From positions 416,001 to 480,000 of the forward strand of contig OZ252243.1 of assembly GCA_965249555.1 (NCBI GenBank): a DNA stretch of 64,000 nt, given 5' to 3'. Of this stretch, positions 7,772 to 16,521 are shown in pieces. Source of the stretch: Nitrosopumilus sp. Lineage in GTDB: Archaea; Thermoproteota; Nitrososphaeria; Nitrososphaerales; Nitrosopumilaceae. How positions within the stretch are numbered: position 1 is the first letter of the stretch; each line of letters opens with the position of its first letter. Both the position numbers and the translations under genes were made by a program. The notes under the pieces were generated by a model that ran no database searches, was not told the DNA's origin, and worked only from the letters and a program-made list of their open reading frames with translations.

Positions 7772-9175
7772 CTATGGTACTGGTGGTAATGTTGGTATTA
7801 CTTCCCATAAAGGAATCATACCTGCATCGACCATTTCAGAAGCAACTTCGTCAGTGTAAAGACCGTGAACATTTACTGCTGGATGTGCAATACTATTCAT
7901 TCCCATTGGTGGGACAGCATCGCTTGGATTACCTAATACATGTGCATATGATGGTACAGGATCAATTAAGATACCTGCATCGACCAATCTTGGATTCAAT
8001 CCAAATGGATCACCTGCAATGAAAAGACCAATTCCGCCAGTGTAAATTGCTGCATAGTCATGGTTTAGGAGTGCATAAGCTCCTGGTTCATCAAATACCA
8101 AATCCACAATCATGTTCTGTGAACCACCAAGCAACCATGTTTCAGTTGCTGCTGATTGAACTCTATTGCCTTGTGTAACTCTGTCCAGGATTTCTCCAAC
8201 AATGTGGAAGAATAATGGCTCGTTACCATGATTCTCAATGAAGAGTCTCACGTGTTGATCATTTTCAACATACAATAGTTGTGATTGGTACTGCTTGTTT
8301 TCAAGACCATTCCATGGTTGTGCTACAAAGATGTTTTTGTCCGCATCACCCTTTAGAAGGATGTTGTGTAACATGTTTGGAACATAACTGAATTGCATTC
8401 CATTAATGACTGTTGCAGAGTTATGATGTTGGAACATTGCTCCGGCATCATAGTTGCCATCGTCGTTCAAATACAATTGGTTGAATTGCAGTGTGAACTC
8501 TAATGCATCTGCATCGTAGAACATTCTGTCTAATTCACCGCTGCCGCTTGTCTTCTCTACCATTAATTTCTTGTATCCATTTGCTGGATCAACAATTGCA
8601 ATTCCGTACATGCCGGAAAATACGTGTTGGTCCATTCCAATTAGGTGGACACCAGAACAATGGTATTTGAAAACACCTGCGGATTCAGCAATGTAACAGT
8701 ATTGACTTGTTTCTCCAGGATTAACGGAGTCAAATTTCAATGCTGATATTTGTGATGCGTGCATGTCGTTACCGTGACCAGTAACTTCATCATCTGGAAT
8801 GGTAAGTGTCATTTGTACAACGTCACCTTGTGTAACTCTTAATGTTGGTCCTGGGACTTGTCCATCAAAGGTCATGGCGTTGTATGTTTTTCCTCCCATA
8901 ATTGGAAGTTCAACACTTTTACCAGTGAGATTGAACTCAACTACGTTGCGTCCAGTATCTGCAAGTGCACCGCAATCAGTTTCTGCGAATGCTTGAGGCA
9001 TTACTAGCTGTAAACCGCCCATTTGATGGATTTGTTCTATCACATTGACATCCATTTGTGAGATATCTAGTGATTGTCCAGCAATCTGGGTTTGTGTGTA
9101 TGTGCTTCCGAATAAGGTTGCCCCCATTACAGCTACTGCTGTAATTGTAAAGAGCATACTAACACGCTTATTCAT
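7772..9175 (-). CDS. nirK: Copper-containing nitrite reductase (thaumarchaeal NirK)
   Basis: FDGQVPGPTLRV, HGNDMH, YHCSG...HVFSGM, FHIVGE and NHD copper-ligand motifs; signal peptide. Start taken at ATG 9175 (MNKRVS). Confidence 0.92.
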   Translation of the reverse strand: MNKRVSMLFTITAVAVMGATLFGSTYTQTQIAGQSLDISQMDVNVIEQIHQMGGLQLVMPQAFAETDCGALADTGRNVVEFNLTGKSVELPIMGGKTYNAMTFDGQVPGPTLRVTQGDVVQMTLTIPDDEVTGHGNDMHASQISALKFDSVNPGETSQYCYIAESAGVFKYHCSGVHLIGMDQHVFSGMYGIAIVDPANGYKKLMVEKTSGSGELDRMFYDADALEFTLQFNQLYLNDDGNYDAGAMFQHHNSATVINGMQFSYVPNMLHNILLKGDADKNIFVAQPWNGLENKQYQSQLLYVENDQHVRLFIENHGNEPLFFHIVGEILDRVTQGNRVQSAATETWLLGGSQNMIVDLVFDEPGAYALLNHDYAAIYTGGIGLFIAGDPFGLNPRLVDAGILIDPVPSYAHVLGNPSDAVPPMGMNSIAHPAVNVHGLYTDEVASEMVDAGMIPLWEVIPTLPPVP

Positions 9176-9288
9176 AATCCATCGTGACTTGCAATTCCTA
9201 TATAATAATTCCCATTCCATATGTTGAAAAATTATGAAACCATCTGAAAAAGAATGAATAATAGGAGATAATTTGTTATAAAGTCAGC

Positions 9289-10650
9289 ATGAAATTTAGA
9301 TTAGACCAAGACTCTCTAGGAAAAGTCAAAGTCCCATCTGACGCATATTATGGGGCATTTACAGGAAGAGCAATCAAACAGTATCATGTTACAGGAAACA
9401 AAAGCCATGAAAATCTGATAAAGTCATTTGTAATGATTAAACGTTCTGCGGCAATAGCCAACATGAAGACAAAAGCAATCGATGTAAAGCGCGGAAGAGC
9501 CATAGTTTCTGCATGTGATAAAATCTTGTCTGGAAAATATGTTGATCAGTTTGTGGTAGATATGATAAACTCTGGTGCAGGTACTGCATTTAACATGAAT
9601 TCTAATGAGGTTATTGCAAATGTTGCACTAGAAGTACTTCATAAAAAGAAAGGACAATACCAGTTCTTACATCCAAATGATCATGTCAACATGTCACAAT
9701 CAAGTAACGACACATACCCAACTGCTATGCATGTTGCAATTTTGATGAATCTTAAAGAGACAATTCCAGCTATTGATATTTTGATAAAGTCACTATCTAA
9801 AAAAGCAAAACAATTTTCATCATTTAAGAAAATTGGAAGAACGCATCTAATGGATGCATTACCAATAACACTTGGTAGTGAATTTGCAGCTTATGCCACA
9901 TCAATTACCAAAGCAAGAAATGAAATTATTGCAGCACAAAAGGAATTACAAAATGTTGCACTTGGAGGAACAGCTGTAGGTTCGGGTGCAAACACACCAA
10001 AAGGTTACAGAAAGATTGCAATATCTGAACTTGGAAAAATTTCTAAACTTCCACTAAAACCTGAAAAAGATATGCAGTATAGTTTACAAAGTAAGTTTGC
10101 AGTTTCAAATCTATCAGGTTCTTTACGAAACTTGGCAATAGAAATTGGAAAGATTGCAAATGATATCAGACTAATGGCATCAGGTCCAATTGCAGGACTA
10201 GGCGAACTTGGTATTCCTGCAGTACATGCAGGTTCATCCATCATGCCTGGAAAAATAAACCCATCTTTGGCCGAATGCATGAACATGATTTGTTTTAACA
10301 TAATTGGAAATGATACGGCAGTATCACATGCGGCACAAGGCGGACAGTTTGAGCTCAATGTAATGTTGCCTGGAATGCTAAAGTGCATGCTAGAATCAAC
10401 AGATATGCTCAAAAATTTCTTGCCAATATTTTCTGCAAATCTGATTGACGGACTTGCTGCAAACAAAAACAAGCTACGTAAAGACATTGAAAACAGCCCA
10501 GTTATCGTTACGCTGTTAACCCCAAAAATAGGATATCTAAAATCTGCAGAACTCTTCAAAGAATCACTAAAGACTGGAAAAACCATCAGGGAGTTGGTTG
10601 TTTCAAAGAAATTACTAAGTAACAAAGAAATTGATTCGCTATTTGGATAG
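9289..10650 (+). CDS. Class II fumarate hydratase / aspartate ammonia-lyase family
   Basis: GSSIMPGKINP signature, HPNDHVNMSQSSND, KIGRTHLMDA. Confidence 0.92.
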   Translation: MKFRLDQDSLGKVKVPSDAYYGAFTGRAIKQYHVTGNKSHENLIKSFVMIKRSAAIANMKTKAIDVKRGRAIVSACDKILSGKYVDQFVVDMINSGAGTAFNMNSNEVIANVALEVLHKKKGQYQFLHPNDHVNMSQSSNDTYPTAMHVAILMNLKETIPAIDILIKSLSKKAKQFSSFKKIGRTHLMDALPITLGSEFAAYATSITKARNEIIAAQKELQNVALGGTAVGSGANTPKGYRKIAISELGKISKLPLKPEKDMQYSLQSKFAVSNLSGSLRNLAIEIGKIANDIRLMASGPIAGLGELGIPAVHAGSSIMPGKINPSLAECMNMICFNIIGNDTAVSHAAQGGQFELNVMLPGMLKCMLESTDMLKNFLPIFSANLIDGLAANKNKLRKDIENSPVIVTLLTPKIGYLKSAELFKESLKTGKTIRELVVSKKLLSNKEIDSLFG

Positions 10651-10653
10651 ATT

Positions 10654-11922
10654 ATGGCAAAGATTTTCGTAGAAGCTTACGGATGTTCAGCAAGTTTTGC
10701 TGATTCAGAGATGATTTCAGGGCTGATTCTAAATGGAGGTCATACTTTGGTTGATAACTCTTCAGAATCTGATCTAAATATTGTAGTTACGTGCTCAGTC
10801 AAAGATGCAACTGCAAACAAGATGGTTCATAGAATAAAATCATTAAAATCAAAACCGTTGGTCGTAGCTGGATGCTTTCCTAAAGCAGAACAGAGTACTG
10901 TTGAAAAGTTCTCAGAAAATGCTAGTTTAATGGGACCAAACTCACTAGGAATGACACTACAGGTAATTGATTCAACACTAAATGGAAAAAAACTGATTGC
11001 ATTAGAAGACTCTGATCTATCAAAGGTAGGACTTCCAAAAGTCAGACTAAATCCAGTTGTAGGAATTGTAGAGATTGCAAGTGGATGTATGAGTGAGTGT
11101 ACGTTTTGCCAGACCAAACTATCCAAAGGAGATCTTTCAAGTTATAGGTTAGGAGATATCGTTAGACAAGTCCAAACAGAAATCAAGGAAGGGTGTAAAG
11201 AAGTCTGGTTGACATCAACTGATAATGGATGTTATGGATTTGATATTGGAACTGACTTACCATCACTAGTAAATGCAGTTGTAGAAATTCCAGATGACTT
11301 TATGATTAGAGTTGGCATGATGAATCCAATGTATATGCCAAGAATCAAAGAAGACTTGATTGAATCTTTTGATAATGACAAAGTCTTCAAATTTCTCCAC
11401 ATTCCAGTACAAAGTGGTAGTGACAAAGTACTACATGATATGAAAAGAGGCCATACTGTAGGTACTTTTAGAGAAATTGTGAAAAAAGTAAAAGAAAGAT
11501 TTGGAGACTTTACCATTTCAACTGACATCATAGTTGGCTTTCCTTCAGAAACTGAAGAAGATTTTCAAAAGACAGTAAATCTGCTTGATGAAATAAGACC
11601 AGATGTGGTAAATCTTTCAAAGTATAGCACAAGACCAGGTACGGAAGCTGCTGAATGGGAACAAATTGATGTTGCAGAAATTAAACGAAGAAGTAAGACA
11701 ATTTTTGAGCAGATCAATAAAACATCGATATGGAACAACAAAAAGTGGATCGGTTGGACAGGTAAAGTTCTATTTGATGAAAAGACAAATGAAGGAATCA
11801 AAGGCAGAAACTTTGCATACAAGCCTGTCTTTGTCCGAAATGAAGTGGACATTGGTCAATACCATACAGTGGAAATTACAGATGTTACTGTAAACAGCCT
11901 TCTAGGAAAGATCGCAAGCTAA
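10654..11922 (+). CDS. tRNA t6A37 methylthiotransferase (archaeal MiaB-like/e-MtaB radical SAM)
   Basis: AYGC UPF0004 N-terminus, CMSECTFC, TDIIVGFPSETEEDF and C-terminal TRAM domain. Confidence 0.9.
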   Translation: MAKIFVEAYGCSASFADSEMISGLILNGGHTLVDNSSESDLNIVVTCSVKDATANKMVHRIKSLKSKPLVVAGCFPKAEQSTVEKFSENASLMGPNSLGMTLQVIDSTLNGKKLIALEDSDLSKVGLPKVRLNPVVGIVEIASGCMSECTFCQTKLSKGDLSSYRLGDIVRQVQTEIKEGCKEVWLTSTDNGCYGFDIGTDLPSLVNAVVEIPDDFMIRVGMMNPMYMPRIKEDLIESFDNDKVFKFLHIPVQSGSDKVLHDMKRGHTVGTFREIVKKVKERFGDFTISTDIIVGFPSETEEDFQKTVNLLDEIRPDVVNLSKYSTRPGTEAAEWEQIDVAEIKRRSKTIFEQINKTSIWNNKKWIGWTGKVLFDEKTNEGIKGRNFAYKPVFVRNEVDIGQYHTVEITDVTVNSLLGKIAS

Positions 11923-11995
11923 ATTTTTTAGATCTAAAATTTGATTAAAAAAACGTAAGAAGGTTTTTTATCTAATTCAAAGAATAGGATCTGAA

Positions 11996-12946
11996 ATGAG
12001 TTTTCAAGTGAAGGAACCAATTCTAGTCATAGGTTTAGGGGGCATAGGCTCAAAATTAGCAGTTAAAGCAAAAGATTCCATGAATTCTGATTGTCTAATA
12101 ATTAGTAATGATGCAAAAGATTTCTCATCAGAGAATTCATCTATTCACGTTTCAACAGATTCAGTAGTTAATCCATCTGTTCAATTAATCAGAGGTTCAA
12201 CTTACAAGGCTGCTGACGAAATAAAATCAAAGATTGCAGGTTACTCTACAGTAGTTTTAATGAGCAACTTGGCTGGAAAAGCAGGCTCAGCTATGGCACC
12301 CGTAATATCAGAGATGTGTAAAGAGTCAGACACAGGATTGATTTCATTTGCAATTATGCCTTTCAAGTATGAAAAAGACAGAATTTTTAATTCTGGAGTA
12401 TCCCTAAAAAGAGTTAGAGAAAACTCTGAATGTACAATTGTTCTTGATAATGATTCGTTACTTGAGAGTAATCCGGATTTGAGCCCTAAAGCATGCTATG
12501 ATATTGCAAACTCTGCAATTATGCACGTAGTAAAATCACTTGGTTCATCTGAACTATCTGCTGAGACAAACATACTCACTACAAGCAAAGATGGACAAAA
12601 TATTGAAGATTCGCTAAGAGATTCATTAAAAATGCTCTATGAAAATGCACCACCAAATGCAATAAAACGTTCAATGTTGTATGTAGTTGGAGGAAGTAAT
12701 ATTCCAGTAGGAGTCTTAAACTCAATTACAAATCTTACAAGTGGAATTCTAAGTGAAAGTAATTCACAAATAGACATGATGTCAACTTCTGATGAATCCA
12801 AAGTAGTAATGTTATCATCCATTCAAGGAATGACAAAATTTGACAATTATGACCCACTTGGAATGATTCCGCAAGAAGATACACTTGATTGGGCTACACC
12901 AGATTGCAGCATTGATTGTAAATTGGAATTATACCAATTAGAATAA
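11996..12946 (+). CDS. ftsZ: Divergent thaumarchaeal FtsZ/tubulin-family protein
   Basis: VIGLGGIG, MPFKYE and LDNDSL; tubulin loop degenerate (LAGKAGSA). Confidence 0.85.
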   Translation: MSFQVKEPILVIGLGGIGSKLAVKAKDSMNSDCLIISNDAKDFSSENSSIHVSTDSVVNPSVQLIRGSTYKAADEIKSKIAGYSTVVLMSNLAGKAGSAMAPVISEMCKESDTGLISFAIMPFKYEKDRIFNSGVSLKRVRENSECTIVLDNDSLLESNPDLSPKACYDIANSAIMHVVKSLGSSELSAETNILTTSKDGQNIEDSLRDSLKMLYENAPPNAIKRSMLYVVGGSNIPVGVLNSITNLTSGILSESNSQIDMMSTSDESKVVMLSSIQGMTKFDNYDPLGMIPQEDTLDWATPDCSIDCKLELYQLE

Positions 12947-12951
12947 AAATA

Positions 12952-13657
12952 AGGTGATTGGGTACCTACTGCCCTTAACATATACTTCAACAATAGATCA
13001 AACAAATTACAATCTCTATTATTGTATCTCCATTCCATCTCCTTGATGTATAGTAAAAATTTACCGGGACTCACTCCATGATGCTTTGTCATGTTCTCTT
13101 TGGCAAAACTCCAAAGCCTTCAATGCCGTTAATGTAAACACTTTTGCCAAACATCCTGCTATGATCTATTGAGAGATGTTTGTAGCCATTAAACACAAGC
13201 GAGTCATATTCCTTCCATTTGTCGGTGTACACAATGCTTCCTTTTCTGACCTTCTTGATGATACTTGCAAGTAATGTTTTTGCTTTTACATTATTTACTA
13301 TCTCAACGTGAATTATCATTTCTCCCTAAAATTCCAAACACAACAGTCTTGTTTTTGGCACCATGCCCACGATTTCCCTTTCTTTTTCCTCCAAAATGCT
13401 ACCTCGTCAGCCTCAATCTGGCCCTTTAGGACCTTGTCTGTATTTGCCAATTCCTCAAGTATAGAGTATCTGATTGCATCAAATACTTTCAGAGTTATCT
13501 TGTAACTTGGATGCATCTGTTCTGATGCAGTCTTGATTCTAGGAATTGTATTAGCAATGATTCATCAGAGATTGTTTTTGCAAATGATACAAAATCCATC
13601 CATTGTTTTTGTGAAATATTCAATAATAATCTAGGGGTAATAGGTACCCAATCACCT
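12952..13657 (-). mobile_element. IS1595-family (ISXO2/IS1016-like) insertion sequence with frameshifted transposase
   Basis: 17-bp perfect terminal inverted repeats AGGTGATTGGGTACCTA (12952-12968 / 13641-13657). Motifs IEADE, IVYTD, INGIEGF and KEMEWRYN are split over three frames. Confidence 0.9.
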
Positions 13658-13662
13658 ATAAT

Positions 13663-16521
13663 TTAATGCTGTAAAGTAATTTTTCTACAATTTCTACACC
13701 ATGATTGCGATCTAGTAATTCCATCCATATTCCTAAATCCAAATTCTTTTTCAATCTCTTGTCTTGATTTTGATTCCTTGCCACATTTGGGACATCGTAC
13801 GTTCTCATTTGCAGAAATCTCACTTTTTGCATGTTTTTGTATTATCCCTCGAACCTCACTTGGATGAAATGCTACATCCCATGTCCATGTTCCATAGCTG
13901 CCATCCTCATTTACTACATCTATCCATTCTTCTAGGTATCTACGCTTTTCCTTGTTTTGATTGTCATCTATTCCCTTTATCTCCAAAACCAAAGTTACAT
14001 TGTTGTCTAGCTTGATCAAAAAGTCAGGCCAGTAATCATGAACTATACCATTGTACAAATATTTGATTCCAAAACCGATATGATCATTTCTTACCCAAGA
14101 AATTACATTCTTGTTTCTTTCTAGTTCCTGGCCGGTTCCCATCTCCCACTTTGAATCATACACTGCCAGATTGATGTGGGATTTTGTCGTGTATTCACAT
14201 GGTTTTTTTGTAGACCATGGACGCATGTCTGATGTGGATTTTATAGGCTTGATTGAATTGAGATGAATACGTCTTTTTTCCACATTGGAATCCGTGATAC
14301 TCTTGCATACATGAGATACGACCTTTTGCATGTTAAATAAAATAGTCATCCTGGTTCGCAAGTCATCATCAGAAACATCTGTGACATTGATTTTATGCAT
14401 GTGAATAAACACTTCTACCAGTCTTATGACTTGAATCAATAAGAATTCTCGATTTCCCTTCCAGCTTGGTGACATGCTGTCATAGACGTCTTTTGATGCA
14501 AGAAAGACTATTCGTTGCAATCTTATCTCTTTGTTTAATTCACGTAGATTGATATCTGACATTTTATCTACATGTGGTTTACCAGCTAGAACTTGTGCCA
14601 TTCCCACAGTTGTGGCAATGCCATCACTTCTTAACTCCAATGGTTCTATTTTACTCCAGTCAACTTTTAGCTTTGGTAGATAATCCACATCAATCCTGTC
14701 TATGTTGGGCCAAGAGATTCTGTGCTGTATCTTGTCTTGATCTGGCTCTATGGTAGTATGTGAAGATGTTGGTGGTGGTGTTCCCTCACCACCTTCATGT
14801 GGAAGAAATGTAAATGGCACACCAAATACATTGACGTATTCTGGTGGAAACAATCCTGTGTCAGGATTAATTTCATAAGATGTCCTTCGCAAACCTCTAC
14901 CTACAACTTGCTCACACAACAACTGACTAGAAAATGCCCTCAATCCCATTATATGAGTGACGTTTCGAGCATCCCATCCTTCTGATAACATTTGCACTGC
15001 AACAATGTTTCTAATTTGCTCACCTGGCTTGTTTGGTTTACCTACAGTGTCGACTTTTTCTCTGAGACTTTCTGCAATGTCAAATTTTGCACCTACAGCA
15101 TCTTGCTCTTCTGCTTTGTTTATTGTGGTCGAATCAATGTGTAATAGATATTCTGGAATGGATAACTGCTCTAAATCAAATCTATTTTTTTCAAATGAAT
15201 ACATGACTCTGGCTGCTGTCTGAGTCTTGTTGCATACAGTTATCATCACAGGAGGAATGTTAGATCCTTGTTTATCCCATAGCTTTTTAGTCTCGATCCA
15301 ATCCTGACCCAAGAGAAAATATGCATTTGATACCAAGTCAGGTAGTTTTTCATGCGGTTTTGCATTTCTATTTAGATCCGGCTTTACCTCGTCATCTTTG
15401 TACAGGTGATAAAATCTGGCACGATAATCTTTTGAGAATTTGTTGGCATCATCTCTGATTGCAATTCTTGGAGTCTTGGTAAGTCCTGACTCAATGGCAT
15501 CATTTAATGAAAAATCCGATACAATCCAGTCAAATAGGGTATCTTCTGTGACGTTTTTTCCAGATGGTATGAATGGTGTGGCAGAAAAATCAAAACAGTT
15601 TACAATATTTCTTGCATCATGTATCTTGTCTAGTCCTTCAATCCATCTCTTGTCTCTCTCAAGTTCTGTCTTTGAAATATTTTTTTCTTGATCATTATTT
15701 GCACGATATGCATGATGTGCTTCATCATTTATTACGATGATATTTTTTAAATCATGACCAAGGATTCTTTTTGCAAAGACGCCATTACTTTCTTTTCCAA
15801 GTTTAACTACGCTTCGTGGCGCATCAGTCTCTGGCATCAATGTGTGCCAGTTGTGAAGTGTGAATTTGCCTTGGAATAGTTTTTGATAAAATGATTCAGG
15901 AATAACGTTGAATAAATCATAGTAATTGTCATTATTAGTTGGAAACAAAACTTCTAATCTTGATTTTACAGTTAATCCGGGAGCCATAATCAAGATATGT
16001 TTTGAAAATCGTGTATCTTTAGGATAGGTAACTTTGTTGATTACCTGCCATGCAATGAGCATTGCCATTACAATTGTCTTGCCAGAACCTGTTGCCATTT
16101 TACAACATAGTCTTTGAAACGCACCACCGTCTGTTGGAATTTTTATTCCCTGTTTTTCTGAATCAACAGCTTCAATTAGCCAAATCAAAGTCTCTATTGC
16201 CTCTATCTGGCAGAAAAAGAATTTATTCTCTCGCTTTTTTGAATCCTTCCAAAATGCAAGGAGTTGCTTTGTAATGCCAGTCACATTTGGATAGTCGTTT
16301 TCTCGCCATGCATCAACCCTGTCACGTATTCTGTTGACTAGTTCTAGTTCTCTGAATTCTCCGGGATCATCAAATTCTTTGCTGTCTTGGGATGCGATCA
16401 GAAATCCTGCAGGTCGTCGTCCTGAAACTAGATCAAATTTTCTTTTTGTACGGTCATACTTCCAGTATTGAGATGGTTTTTTGTAGGGGCCGCAAATTAT
16501 GAGATTTTTAATGCCAGACAT
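13663..16521 (-). CDS. res: Type III restriction endonuclease subunit with extra C-terminal Cys4 domain
   Basis: MATGSGKT, DEAHH, SAT, LSEGWD and QVVGRGLRR helicase motifs; PDF...LEIKG nuclease motif. Confidence 0.92.
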   Translation of the reverse strand: MSGIKNLIICGPYKKPSQYWKYDRTKRKFDLVSGRRPAGFLIASQDSKEFDDPGEFRELELVNRIRDRVDAWRENDYPNVTGITKQLLAFWKDSKKRENKFFFCQIEAIETLIWLIEAVDSEKQGIKIPTDGGAFQRLCCKMATGSGKTIVMAMLIAWQVINKVTYPKDTRFSKHILIMAPGLTVKSRLEVLFPTNNDNYYDLFNVIPESFYQKLFQGKFTLHNWHTLMPETDAPRSVVKLGKESNGVFAKRILGHDLKNIIVINDEAHHAYRANNDQEKNISKTELERDKRWIEGLDKIHDARNIVNCFDFSATPFIPSGKNVTEDTLFDWIVSDFSLNDAIESGLTKTPRIAIRDDANKFSKDYRARFYHLYKDDEVKPDLNRNAKPHEKLPDLVSNAYFLLGQDWIETKKLWDKQGSNIPPVMITVCNKTQTAARVMYSFEKNRFDLEQLSIPEYLLHIDSTTINKAEEQDAVGAKFDIAESLREKVDTVGKPNKPGEQIRNIVAVQMLSEGWDARNVTHIMGLRAFSSQLLCEQVVGRGLRRTSYEINPDTGLFPPEYVNVFGVPFTFLPHEGGEGTPPPTSSHTTIEPDQDKIQHRISWPNIDRIDVDYLPKLKVDWSKIEPLELRSDGIATTVGMAQVLAGKPHVDKMSDINLRELNKEIRLQRIVFLASKDVYDSMSPSWKGNREFLLIQVIRLVEVFIHMHKINVTDVSDDDLRTRMTILFNMQKVVSHVCKSITDSNVEKRRIHLNSIKPIKSTSDMRPWSTKKPCEYTTKSHINLAVYDSKWEMGTGQELERNKNVISWVRNDHIGFGIKYLYNGIVHDYWPDFLIKLDNNVTLVLEIKGIDDNQNKEKRRYLEEWIDVVNEDGSYGTWTWDVAFHPSEVRGIIQKHAKSEISANENVRCPKCGKESKSRQEIEKEFGFRNMDGITRSQSWCRNCRKITLQH

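Noticed and set aside
11996-12946. FtsZ lacking the GGGTGTG loop as a pseudogene or novelty
   Set aside because: Divergent FtsZ is a known thaumarchaeal trait and the ORF is intact.
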